Shown: positions 17,320-25,162, counted from the stretch's first letter. The stretch: 64,000 nt of DNA from an uncultured Candidatus Bathyarchaeia archaeon (GCA_964399235.1 CAYNQC010000002.1:3224-67223), one strand, 5' to 3'. Notes: generated from the letters alone by a model not told the origin. Numbers and translations are program-made.

Positions 17320-17595
17320 ATGAGCGAACAAGTACAGATTTATTCGAGATCGGAGCTGACGGCCGAGGAAAAGTTGGCCCAAACAGTGAGTGCGCTTAGG
17401 CGCTTGGAGCGATGGGCACAGGCATATCCAGTGAGCGTGTTCCCGGAACCAGATATGGAGCGGGTCCATCAGGTCTTGAAGGATGCCGGCATGGGATTGG
17501 ATGGTGTTTCTGCGTATGTGATCAGGTACGTCCTGAGCGAGGTTCAGGATATCGTAAATGGCGGACTAAGAGGAATTGACGACGATGATGACTGA
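17320..17595 (+). CDS. hypothetical protein
   Basis: Start MSEQVQIY immediately after array A1. Confidence 0.6.
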   Translation: MSEQVQIYSRSELTAEEKLAQTVSALRRLERWAQAYPVSVFPEPDMERVHQVLKDAGMGLDGVSAYVIRYVLSEVQDIVNGGLRGIDDDDD

Positions 17596-17872
17596 AGACG
17601 AGATTCGTGCGGATGAGCGAGCGAACTGCATAGCGTTGATAGGTATGTTTGATGACTTGCCCGGTCCAATTCCTCCCCCTATCCACGCAATCATCAGTGC
17701 GAGCCCGGAAGCGGCAGAGATGTTCTCTAGGTCGCTAGTGCTGTTCACAAAAATAAAGGTGATCGCCATGTTGCGCGGGATCAACCCAGACGAGGAGCTA
17801 TCCGATACGGATAAGGCGATTCTGGTGAGTGACCTGGCGATGCACGACCCGAGGCGCGCGAGGAGTCATTGA
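17585..17872 (+). CDS. hypothetical protein
   Basis: First ATG (MMTEDE) in ORF 17576-17872; track start is TTG. Confidence 0.5.
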   Translation: MMTEDEIRADERANCIALIGMFDDLPGPIPPPIHAIISASPEAAEMFSRSLVLFTKIKVIAMLRGINPDEELSDTDKAILVSDLAMHDPRRARSH

Positions 17873-17873
17873 T

Positions 17874-18299
17874 ATGGATCTACAGATTCCGGTTGATGAG
17901 CATCCTGATGAGATGATTACCCCAGCAGAGGCCATGCTGATGATGATGGCAAACAAGTACACGGTGGGGCCGGACATGGACCAGACTACCGAGACCATCA
18001 CTTTTCTGGATGGCGCTGAGGCCACTATAACGGCCCACACCTTCATCTGGGATCTGCCCGGCAGGGCAGCCACCGAGACGTCTCAGCAGCTCCTGTCGGT
18101 GGCCTGGAACGTGATTAGCGAAGCATGGCCGCCCGGGTCTTATCTGAGGTGGCGGATGCGGCCGGTGTTTGAGGAGAAATACAACGAAGAGGATCAGTTG
18201 TGGATGTGCCGGCTGCGGATGCGAATAGGGGCATTCTGCCTGCCTTTTCTGGACAATGATTCTGACTCGGAAAGCTTACCGGAAAGATTGAATAGTTAA
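17874..18299 (+). CDS. hypothetical protein
   Basis: ATG 17874 with AGGAG 8 nt upstream. Confidence 0.6.
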   Translation: MDLQIPVDEHPDEMITPAEAMLMMMANKYTVGPDMDQTTETITFLDGAEATITAHTFIWDLPGRAATETSQQLLSVAWNVISEAWPPGSYLRWRMRPVFEEKYNEEDQLWMCRLRMRIGAFCLPFLDNDSDSESLPERLNS

Positions 18300-18300
18300 T

Positions 18301-18370
18301 GGAGTGGGGTGGTGCGCGAAGCCAAGGGCTGGCGAGGCATGGGATGGCGAGGCGTGGAAGGGCTGGGTTT
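18301..18370 (+). repeat. (GGNNN)n pentamer array A2
   Basis: 14 in-phase pentamers ggagt ggggt ggtgc ... ggctg ggttt. Confidence 0.85.
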
Positions 18371-18403
18371 TTATTTGTTTTCAATAACTTAGAGGTTACT
18401 ATC

Positions 18404-18631
18404 ATGGCTAAAAAGGCGGAACGAGTAATTACGAACGACGGGATGGAGAGTCTCGGCGGGGTCTCAAATGATGCGGAAGTGGAGTATGCGGCGGCAATAC
18501 CCTATGTAGTGGAAGTCACCATCCAGGGCGATGCCCCTCTACTCTTTCATCGCTGGAGTTGTGATGCGGTGGAGGCGAAAAGCAAGGCTGCTAAAAACAG
18601 CGCTGTCAAAAAATCCGATAACGTCGAGAGT
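18404..18631 (+). CDS. exon 1 of intron-split conserved phage gene (76 codons)
   Basis: ORF ends with TAA directly after the U that wobble-pairs with the intron guide sequence. Confidence 0.7.
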
Positions 18632-18926
18632 TAAACTATGGCTCTCGTAAAACTTTCCCTGATCAATGGGGAATAGCCCAACTACATAATACCGAGTCAT
18701 AGAGGCTCAATGTTATAGTAAGTGGCCAACCCTCAACAAGCAGGTGGAAGACATGATTTCCGATTAGGGGTTGTGCCTCGACCGCCAGCAGTTGCAGAGA
18801 CTAAGTGGGAAAGCTCTCACCGGCACCAAAAGTTAGTGAGGGAAGCGATAGTCCGACCTGTGCAGGAATGCGCAGAGATTGGCAGAAATGACCAATCCAC
18901 CCCGAGCCAGGGGGAGTAACAACGTG
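18632..18926 (+). ncRNA. ORF-less group I intron (3' end 18914/18924/18926 not resolved)
   Basis: P1 cgagagU.G with ggctctcg (18640-47); P-like gcaGGTGGaaga; Q-like CCGCCagcag; R gcAGAGACUAAgu (18795-804); S gAUAGUCCGACC (18847-58); P2, P8, P9, P9.1 hairpins. Confidence 0.8.
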
Positions 18927-19340
18927 TACGTTTATAGATGTGCCAATGGGAACCTCGGTCTTCCAGGTGAGTATTGCCGGATGAGTCTGATTGGTGCTGC
19001 CAAGTACCGTCAGGATCCCCGCAGCCCTCGCAAGTCGGCGATGGACCTATTCAAGGCTGGGGTTATCAGCTTGACCGAGCTGGCCGATCTGGGCCAGAAC
19101 GATTGGGACTACCTGGACCGCCGTCGGGTGATGGTGCAACGCTCGGGTATTACTCGGGTACGTCCAGCGCTGGAGACTGGGTGGAAGGCGACGTTTAAGT
19201 TACAAATTCAATTACCGGAATACATTAACGCATCTTTCCTGCGGTCGGTGATTCAGGATGGTGGAAAGTTGATCGGGCTGGCTGATTTTAGACCCAGCTA
19301 CGGACGGTATTCTATCATCAATTTCAGTGAGTTAGGTTGA
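18927..19340 (+). CDS. exon 2 of intron-split gene (137 codons)
   Basis: No ATG or SD of its own (track start is TTG); joining to exon 1 gives ...KKSDNVES/YVYRCANGNLGLPGEY..., 213 aa. Confidence 0.65.
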   Translation, partial: YVYRCANGNLGLPGEYCRMSLIGAAKYRQDPRSPRKSAMDLFKAGVISLTELADLGQNDWDYLDRRRVMVQRSGITRVRPALETGWKATFKLQIQLPEYINASFLRSVIQDGGKLIGLADFRPSYGRYSIINFSELG

Positions 19341-19352
19341 TTTAAGTTAAAG

Positions 19353-20151
19353 CGAGGCATGGGTTGGCAGGCGGGTCGATGGGGTGGAAAGGATTGGCTA
19401 GGCGGGGCAGGGCGCGGCAGGGTATGGCGGGGTCAGGCTATCTTCGGATGGGTTTGGCAGGGCTGGGCTGTGGGTGGCAAGGCGAGGGGTGGTAAGGCCG
19501 GGGTTTTCTCGGATGTCTTCATTGAGGGCATCCCGGAGAGTCAAGGCTGGGGAGGGTCCGCCGGGGTGTTGGCATGGGGTGGCTTGGCCCGGTGGGGGCG
19601 GGCGTGGCGAGGTATGGTTTGGCATGGGGTGGGGTGGCGAGGCTTGGTGTGGGCTTTCTCAAGCTCCTTGCTGTGCAGGGGGCTTCGGAAAAGGAGTGGC
19701 TAGGCGGGGGAAGGCGAGGCGGGGCTTGGCGGGGAGTGCGCAGGCTAGGTTGGGTCTAGGTGCGGTGGGGTTTGGCTTGGGCTTTTCAAGCACCTCCACC
19801 CGGGGGTGCTTCTGAGGCGGTCTGGTCGGGTGGTGCTGGGCATGGTACGGCTTGTTCCGGGCAGGCTCGGCTTGGGAAGGCAAGGTCCGGCGCGGCTTGG
19901 TGGGGGTAGGCGCGGGTCGGCGGGGTTGGGGCAGGCAAGGGGTGGCGAGGGTTTTCTCGGACATCTTCGATGAGGGTGTCCCGGAAAGCTCGGGCGGGGC
20001 CAGGCATGGCCTGGGTGCGGGGAGCGCTGGATTGGCCAGGCGAGGGGTGGTTGGCAATGGAATGGTCCGGCACTGGCGTGGCAAGCGGGGGCGCGGCGCG
20101 GCATGGTGAGGTTGGGGCAGGCGGGGGCTGGGTAGGCATGGCATGGGTTTT
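19353..20151 (+). repeat. (GGNNN)n array A3, about 0.8 kb, with four embedded hairpin elements
   Basis: Pentamer runs interrupted by hairpins at about 19504-40, 19661-85, 19788-811 and 19952-88; ends at ATG 20152. Confidence 0.9.
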
Positions 20152-20403
20152 ATGAGAAAGAAATTACAGTTTCCAGTTCCTCCTAAGTACGATCTGACGA
20201 CAGACCCACAGGACGGCAAACGACCTTACCGGTTTTGCGTTGATGGTATCCCTATGGTGGTCTGGTTGGGCGCCAAATTGGATGATCCCCTGGTCCGCTT
20301 GATGTTGGCCGGCGAGGAGCACCGAGGGAAGAGAGTAACCTTTGACGAGCCCCGGCAGGGTTGGCCAAAGCTTGATTCAATACCTGAGTATCATGGCAAG
20401 TGA
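20152..20403 (+). CDS. hypothetical protein
   Basis: Start MRKKLQ directly after gggttttATG. Confidence 0.55.
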   Translation: MRKKLQFPVPPKYDLTTDPQDGKRPYRFCVDGIPMVVWLGAKLDDPLVRLMLAGEEHRGKRVTFDEPRQGWPKLDSIPEYHGK

Positions 20404-20467
20404 CAGGCTAGGCGAGGCAGGGGGAGGTCGGGGCTGGTTTGGGACGGCGTGGCTGGGTGAGGTTTTT
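20404..20467 (+). repeat. (GGNNN)n pentamer array A4
   Basis: 12 pentamers between stop 20403 and ATG 20468. Confidence 0.85.
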
Positions 20468-20644
20468 ATGCTAGTGAAGGACTTTATTAAGTTGCTGGAA
20501 CAGTGCCCACAGGAGTCTGTGGTTGTGCTGGAGGATCGTGATGGCGACCAGGTTTCTGATATAGCTGTCACACTCAAAGGGCCGGCTGAGTACATCAAAA
20601 GCGATGGGCCGGTGGTGCTTATCCATATAGATTTTTCCTGGTGA
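20468..20644 (+). CDS. hypothetical small protein (58 aa)
   Basis: MLVKDFIKLLEQ... follows gaggtttttATG. Confidence 0.5.
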   Translation: MLVKDFIKLLEQCPQESVVVLEDRDGDQVSDIAVTLKGPAEYIKSDGPVVLIHIDFSW

Positions 20645-20844
20645 GGCCCGGCAAGGGATGGCAAGGGGTGGCTGGGCAAGGTTCGCCGAGGAGTGGCGCG
20701 GGCCGGGATGGGCGGGCGTGGGCGGGCGGGGTAGGGCATGCTAAGGTGGGGCCGGGATAGGCCGGGTGGGGCCTGGCAGGGCCGGGGATGGTCGGGACCG
20801 GCAGGGCCGGGGATGGGTGGGTGAGGTATGGTTTGGCATGGTTT
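20645..20844 (+). repeat. (GGNNN)n pentamer array A5
   Basis: 40 pentamers in one register, 38 start with GG. Confidence 0.9.
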
Positions 20845-20865
20845 TTATTTGAGGGGGAGCAAGCA

Positions 20866-21132
20866 ATGACGGACGCGATCGGGATGTACATGAAAGATGA
20901 CCGACGCCCGCAGGTTGATATCGCAGGGGGCGATCGCCGCTGTGCGAGTTGTCGGTATTGGTCTGCGACGCTATCCCGCGCTGTGGGCTCCAGGGCTGTC
21001 CAGGCCGTTTGTTTAGCGCCGGACGGGCCACACTTTGAGACGTGGTGCTTTCCAACTCAATGGTGCCCTTCCTGGGCTCCTGGTGAGCCCGTGGACACGC
21101 CGACTTTTGAGGCAATTGTGTTTCCAGGTTGA
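20866..21132 (+). CDS. Cys/Trp-rich hypothetical protein
   Basis: ATG 20866 with GGGGGAG SD. Confidence 0.55.
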   Translation: MTDAIGMYMKDDRRPQVDIAGGDRRCASCRYWSATLSRAVGSRAVQAVCLAPDGPHFETWCFPTQWCPSWAPGEPVDTPTFEAIVFPG

Positions 21133-21315
21133 CGGTTTGGTGAGGCAAGGTTGGGCTGGGGTAGGTCCGGTATGGCCAGGCTGGGATGGGCAAGGTGAGG
21201 GAAGGAAAGGCCAGGCCAGGTTGGGCAGGGGAGGGAGAGGCTCGGGTTGGTATGGTAGGGGGAGGCGTCGGCAAGGTCAGGATGGGGCGGGCTCGGGTAG
21301 GTGTGGCGAGGTTTT
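21133..21315 (+). repeat. (GGNNN)n pentamer array A6
   Basis: 36 in-phase NGGNN pentamers from stop 21132 to ATG 21316. Confidence 0.9.
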
Positions 21316-21690
21316 ATGAATTACGAATCGGTTGATCCGGGTTTCAAGAGTCGGGCGGATTTTTGGGTCGGTATCGGTCCTGGGGCCGAGTGGTTGGGGT
21401 CCGTATGCCACGATGGCGGGCAATGGCAATACCCGAGTATGGGCTTGCTGCCGCTGACCAGTGAACAGGATTACCGGCAACGGGTTACAACTATCCTCCA
21501 GAACGATCCGCTGGCGAGTATGCCCTCGGATGGCTGGCCATGGCCTTGGCCAAGCTCACAGGACACAGATTTTGTATATTCCTGGCATGACGGATGCGTA
21601 CAACTCGAAAAGCGTAATGATTGGCCAGATATGTCCGACAGGCGTTCCGCTGTTTTGGGGCCGAAGTCGGGGATTTATGTTGTTGATTGA
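21316..21690 (+). CDS. hypothetical Trp-rich protein
   Basis: Start MNYESVD after gaggttttATG. Confidence 0.6.
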   Translation: MNYESVDPGFKSRADFWVGIGPGAEWLGSVCHDGGQWQYPSMGLLPLTSEQDYRQRVTTILQNDPLASMPSDGWPWPWPSSQDTDFVYSWHDGCVQLEKRNDWPDMSDRRSAVLGPKSGIYVVD

Positions 21691-21725
21691 GCTACGGTTT
21701 GTGGAGACAGGCTCTAGCCCGGCTC

Positions 21726-22025
21726 GGCTGGGCAGAGAAAGGGGTGGCGTGGTGTGGCTGGCTGGGGTCCGGCAGGGCTCGGCGGGCGTTGGCTTGGTAG
21801 TCAGAGGCTGGCAGTGGTAATGACTGGCTTGGCACGGCGTGGCAGGGCCAGGTGGGGACGGGCAAGGGGTGGTACGGCGGGCTCCGGCAAGGCGGGGTCA
21901 GGCAGGGATGGGCGAGGCGCGGACGGGTATGGTGCGGGGGTGTAGGGTCAGCAGAGGTTAGGTGTGGCCTGGTCGGGACGGGTATTGGCTGGCAAGGTCT
22001 GGGCTGGCAAGGTCTGGTATGGCAA
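21726..22025 (+). repeat. (GGNNN)n pentamer array A7
   Basis: 60 pentamers in one register, 50 start with GG; contains direct 15-mer gctggcaaggtctgg twice. Confidence 0.9.
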
Positions 22026-22032
22026 TGATTAA

Positions 22033-22052
22033 CCCCCCCACGGATGGGGGGG
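22033..22052. terminator. GC hairpin between convergent operons (bidirectional terminator candidate)
   Basis: ccccccca-cgga-tggggggg, 8-bp stem; T-rich ctccgtgtttgt follows on plus strand, ttaatcatt on minus strand. Confidence 0.5.
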
Positions 22053-22071
22053 CTCCGTGTTTGTCTGGTTG

Positions 22072-22335
22072 CTAGGTGGTAGCGCTGGCCTTAGCATCAA
22101 GCAATTTCAAAACCCTGCACAAAACATACGCCTGACCGCCGGCAATGTGGCCATCACCGTAGATCGGATGCCCTGGAATCTCGCCCTCCCAGTCCAGGGT
22201 GAAGGGATTTTTCCAAGCGCGGCCTAGCAGGTCGCCACCGACCTTGGAGCGCACAATCCATTCCCTGCTGTAGTAGTTGAGACTCAGGTCGAGCCCTAGC
22301 TCAGTTGCTTCGTCAATGATCGCCTTAATTTTCAT
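22072..22335 (-). CDS. hypothetical protein
   Basis: 87-aa ORF, last gene of minus-strand early operon. Confidence 0.6.
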   Translation of the reverse strand: MKIKAIIDEATELGLDLSLNYYSREWIVRSKVGGDLLGRAWKNPFTLDWEGEIPGHPIYGDGHIAGGQAYVLCRVLKLLDAKASATT

Positions 22336-22532
22336 ACATGTCTCCGAATGGCCAAGTGGGCCTCGTCAATGTTCTCTTGGGGGCAGCCTTCCAGGTCCGG
22401 CAGCACTTCTTCGAGTGCTTCCAGGATGGTTTCGCTGTAGCGGGGGCTGTCCAGGTCTACCAGGCTGTTGCAGGCCAGGTCTGAACGTCCGCGCCGACGG
22501 CGCCCGGGGGGTGCATAGGGGTCTTCGTTCAT
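22332..22532 (-). CDS. hypothetical protein
   Basis: 66-aa ORF, ATGA overlaps. Confidence 0.5.
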   Translation of the reverse strand: MNEDPYAPPGRRRRGRSDLACNSLVDLDSPRYSETILEALEEVLPDLEGCPQENIDEAHLAIRRHV

Positions 22533-22825
22533 AACTTATCCAACCTTTCCAGAGGCTCGACAGGGGTTTCGGCATCCTTGATGGCTGTCCAGGCAGCATC
22601 AAATAGCTCGGCTGGCATCTCGTCTGTGCGCTCCCCCCACCATTCCATAATCCCGCGCAAGGCATTCAATAGGGGTGATATGTCTCTGGCGAAGTAGTGG
22701 ATACACTCCAGGCGCAGCTCAGTGCGATGGGTCTCATTCAGGCGGTCCCAAAGCCTTTTTCCGATAGCATGGAACTCCCGCACCTTTTCGTCTGGGTCTG
22801 GTGAAAAATAGATCTTGTATTTCAT
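22529..22825 (-). CDS. member 1 of MKY.(I/V/A)YF paralog family
   Basis: ATG 22825 (MKYKIYFSPD) with GGAG upstream; track start is TTG; C-terminal MPAELFDAAWTAIK matches paralogs. Confidence 0.55.
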   Translation of the reverse strand: MKYKIYFSPDPDEKVREFHAIGKRLWDRLNETHRTELRLECIHYFARDISPLLNALRGIMEWWGERTDEMPAELFDAAWTAIKDAETPVEPLERLDKL

Positions 22826-23018
22826 GTTGTTACGCTCCGCTAAGGGCTCGAAATTGAGCCAATCGGTAGCCAGCGCACTGACTACCTGTTGGGTCAACTC
22901 AGTACTTCCAATAAGTCCAGGCCTTGCCGCGCATCTTCCTGGTTAGATGTGGATTGGCAAACCCCCCTTCCGCGTACCAGGCTTTGCGTGACATTCGCTG
23001 CCATCCAGTTCTCATGAC

Positions 23019-23258
23019 TTACTCCTTGGGTGGTGAGGGCAAGTCTGCCCAGTGGGTGACTCGGGTGGTGATGTCCCAGCGCTCGCTGTCGGCGGTGTAC
23101 CAGCAGCAAGGAAAGTCGGAATCAACTTCCTCGTAGGTGGCGACGATCATCTTCTCGGTGCCTGCCAGGTAAACCAGTACCGGCCTGCTGGCGGGCCAGA
23201 AATACTCACTGCAGAACATTTGCGGCGGATCAGTTGCTGCGATATGCCAGATAGTCAT
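23019..23258 (-). CDS. DUF551-like protein
   Basis: W...DPP...VLVY....VATY....W......VTHWADLPSPP pattern typical of DUF551 (from memory). Confidence 0.55.
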   Translation of the reverse strand: MTIWHIAATDPPQMFCSEYFWPASRPVLVYLAGTEKMIVATYEEVDSDFPCCWYTADSERWDITTRVTHWADLPSPPKE

Positions 23259-23262
23259 GGGG

Positions 23263-23640
23263 TTACTCCTTCACCATGAAGATTATTGCGCGGGCCTCGG
23301 CAACCAGATGCTCAGGGAGGGCTTCACCATAGCCGGTGATGATCTTCTCCAGGCAGTCGAGAAAGGCCGGGGCATAGGGGCGTAAGCGCTCTTCAGGGGA
23401 TAGCCACCCTACATGCTCACGCTTGGCTGGCTGGGTGCGGCCTTCGGTAACGCTCCAGATACTGATCCGGTTCACTTCCAGGCCGCCGGACGTGTCAAAG
23501 TCAAGCTGACTTGACTGGTCAGGGGCATAGATCATATCAAGGGCGATCGCTAGGGCGGCGGCTGGGTTATCAGCGTGGATAACCTCGGCGGCCTGCCCCA
23601 CATTGGCATCAAAATAAGCTTGGTATTTCATGGGGTTCAT
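23263..23640 (-). CDS. member 2 of MKY.(I/V/A)YF paralog family
   Basis: MNPMKYQAYFDANVGQAAEVIHADNPAAALAIAL...LPEHLVAEARAIIF. Confidence 0.6.
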   Translation of the reverse strand: MNPMKYQAYFDANVGQAAEVIHADNPAAALAIALDMIYAPDQSSQLDFDTSGGLEVNRISIWSVTEGRTQPAKREHVGWLSPEERLRPYAPAFLDCLEKIITGYGEALPEHLVAEARAIIFMVKE

Positions 23641-23642
23641 CC

Positions 23643-23840
23643 TTACTCCTTGATTTGTGGGAATGCGCTGCGCAGGTAGCGGATCAGGGCGGTGGCGACC
23701 TCTTCATCCAGGTAGATGTAGTGGGTGCCATTCTCGCGCTCGGTCCACATGCACAGATCACCTCGGGCGGCGTTGATATACACCCCATCACCCAGATAGG
23801 TAGGTGGTGCTGGTACTTGGTTCTCGGTCATGTCATTCAC
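23643..23840 (-). CDS. hypothetical protein
   Basis: 65-aa ORF between the two paralogs. Confidence 0.55.
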   Translation of the reverse strand: MNDMTENQVPAPPTYLGDGVYINAARGDLCMWTERENGTHYIYLDEEVATALIRYLRSAFPQIKE

Positions 23841-24192
23841 CTTGAGTGAGTAAGCCGATCAGCGTCTTGGCCTCAGCGATTAAGTAGGCGGGCAGGGGCA
23901 TGGTGGGGGAATACTCGTCAATGACGTTGGTCACCCACTCAAGTAGCAGAGGCGCGCTTTGGCGTAGTAGCTCGTCCGGGTTCACCCACTCGGCAGCATG
24001 CTGCCCATTGGCATCGAATACGGTGATGACATTGGTTTCCGCGTGGTCGCTGTCGTCAAAATCCATCTCATATTCAACCATGTCATCAAGGGCAAGCTGA
24101 CGGGCAGCAAGGATAGCCAGCTCGGGGTTGTCGGCTTCGATCTCATCGCTGGCTTGCCCGACGTTGGCCTGAAAATAAACGGTGTACTTCAT
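23833..24192 (-). CDS. member 3 of MKY.(I/V/A)YF paralog family
   Basis: ATG 24192 (MKYTVYFQANVGQASDEIEADNPELAILAA...) with AAGGAG SD. Confidence 0.6.
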   Translation of the reverse strand: MKYTVYFQANVGQASDEIEADNPELAILAARQLALDDMVEYEMDFDDSDHAETNVITVFDANGQHAAEWVNPDELLRQSAPLLLEWVTNVIDEYSPTMPLPAYLIAEAKTLIGLLTQGE

Positions 24193-24272
24193 GGGGTTAC
24201 TCCTTACTAGGTCAGGGCTCAATTGTCCTGCCAATGCCCCCCAGCGGGTGGTGAGGGGCATGGACTGTGCAA

Positions 24273-25079
24273 CTAGGCGGCTTTAAGTTCGGCCATTTTT
24301 TCGGTCATGGTCCAGAGGGCGCGGTTCAGGCTGACGGTAGCGTCCACGGCCTTGATGGCACGAGTATGGGTGCGCTGGCCATTGGCGTTGAGCCCTCGAA
24401 TACCACCCTTCATCAGGTTTTCCTGCAACTTCTGAAAGGTGACCCACAGGCTATTGTCGCGGTCCTCGCGGCGGCGAACACTCAGCAGGCTGGCGGGCTC
24501 AATCGGGGCCTTATCACCCCAGCGCAATTCCACGGCGGCCTCAGCCATAACGGTCTGTTCTTGGTGCGTCAGTTGCAGTGCCTGAAAGTTGTCTACCTGA
24601 GCAGCAATGCGGGGCAAGTCATGGACCACCTCGCAAGTACCCTCGATAACAGCCTGCTCGGCGTTACCTGCATGGCGGCGGCGCACCTGCCCAAGGTCGC
24701 AGGACTGCACGATCAGGCCGTTAAGACACACGATGCGGAACAGGCCAGCATAAAATTGGTAGCTACCAACACCATCATGGCTGTTTACCAGCACCAACTC
24801 GGGGATACTGTCGCCGACCATTGGGAGTTCCATGGTGTTGCGGAAGCGCACAATGTGCTTGGTGAATTCTCTGCGATCCGCTAGGCGGGTATTGGACTGC
24901 TGGGCAGTCACAGGTTGCCAGCCCAGGTCCTGCAGGCACTCCATCATCTCAAGGGTGGAGATGAACTTGTAGCGGCCACTGGTACGCTCATGGGCATGGT
25001 CAGCGAATACGCTGGGGGCGTAGCGCTGCATGGCATTCATGTCCAGAGGGCGAAAAGAAGTGTGGGATTGCATGTACAT
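24273..25079 (-). CDS. DUF932-family protein (common on ICEs, plasmids and phages)
   Basis: VLVNSHDGVGSYQFYAGLFRIVCLNGL matches the DUF932 core as I recall it. Confidence 0.65.
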   Translation of the reverse strand: MYMQSHTSFRPLDMNAMQRYAPSVFADHAHERTSGRYKFISTLEMMECLQDLGWQPVTAQQSNTRLADRREFTKHIVRFRNTMELPMVGDSIPELVLVNSHDGVGSYQFYAGLFRIVCLNGLIVQSCDLGQVRRRHAGNAEQAVIEGTCEVVHDLPRIAAQVDNFQALQLTHQEQTVMAEAAVELRWGDKAPIEPASLLSVRRREDRDNSLWVTFQKLQENLMKGGIRGLNANGQRTHTRAIKAVDATVSLNRALWTMTEKMAELKAA

Positions 25080-25162
25080 GGTAAATCCTCGGGTTGGTCC
25101 AGGGGCCGATCCCCTGGGGTGCAAACAACTTAACAAAGGGCGATTCAATTGTAAACAGAAAT

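Noticed and set aside
19359-21945. Many 60-190-aa ORFs on both strands across the G-rich tracts (G/W/R-rich sense ORFs; Pro-rich antisense ORFs such as 19659-20219 and 20741-21274)
   Set aside because: The underlying periodicity is 5 nt, so the reading frame rotates. All frames give the same composition, no frame is conserved between arrays, and the openness simply reflects the lack of T/A needed for stop codons.
17178-22025. CRISPR array as an explanation for the repeats
   Set aside because: There is no 25-40-nt conserved repeat alternating with unique spacers. The unit is a degenerate pentamer and no cas genes are present.
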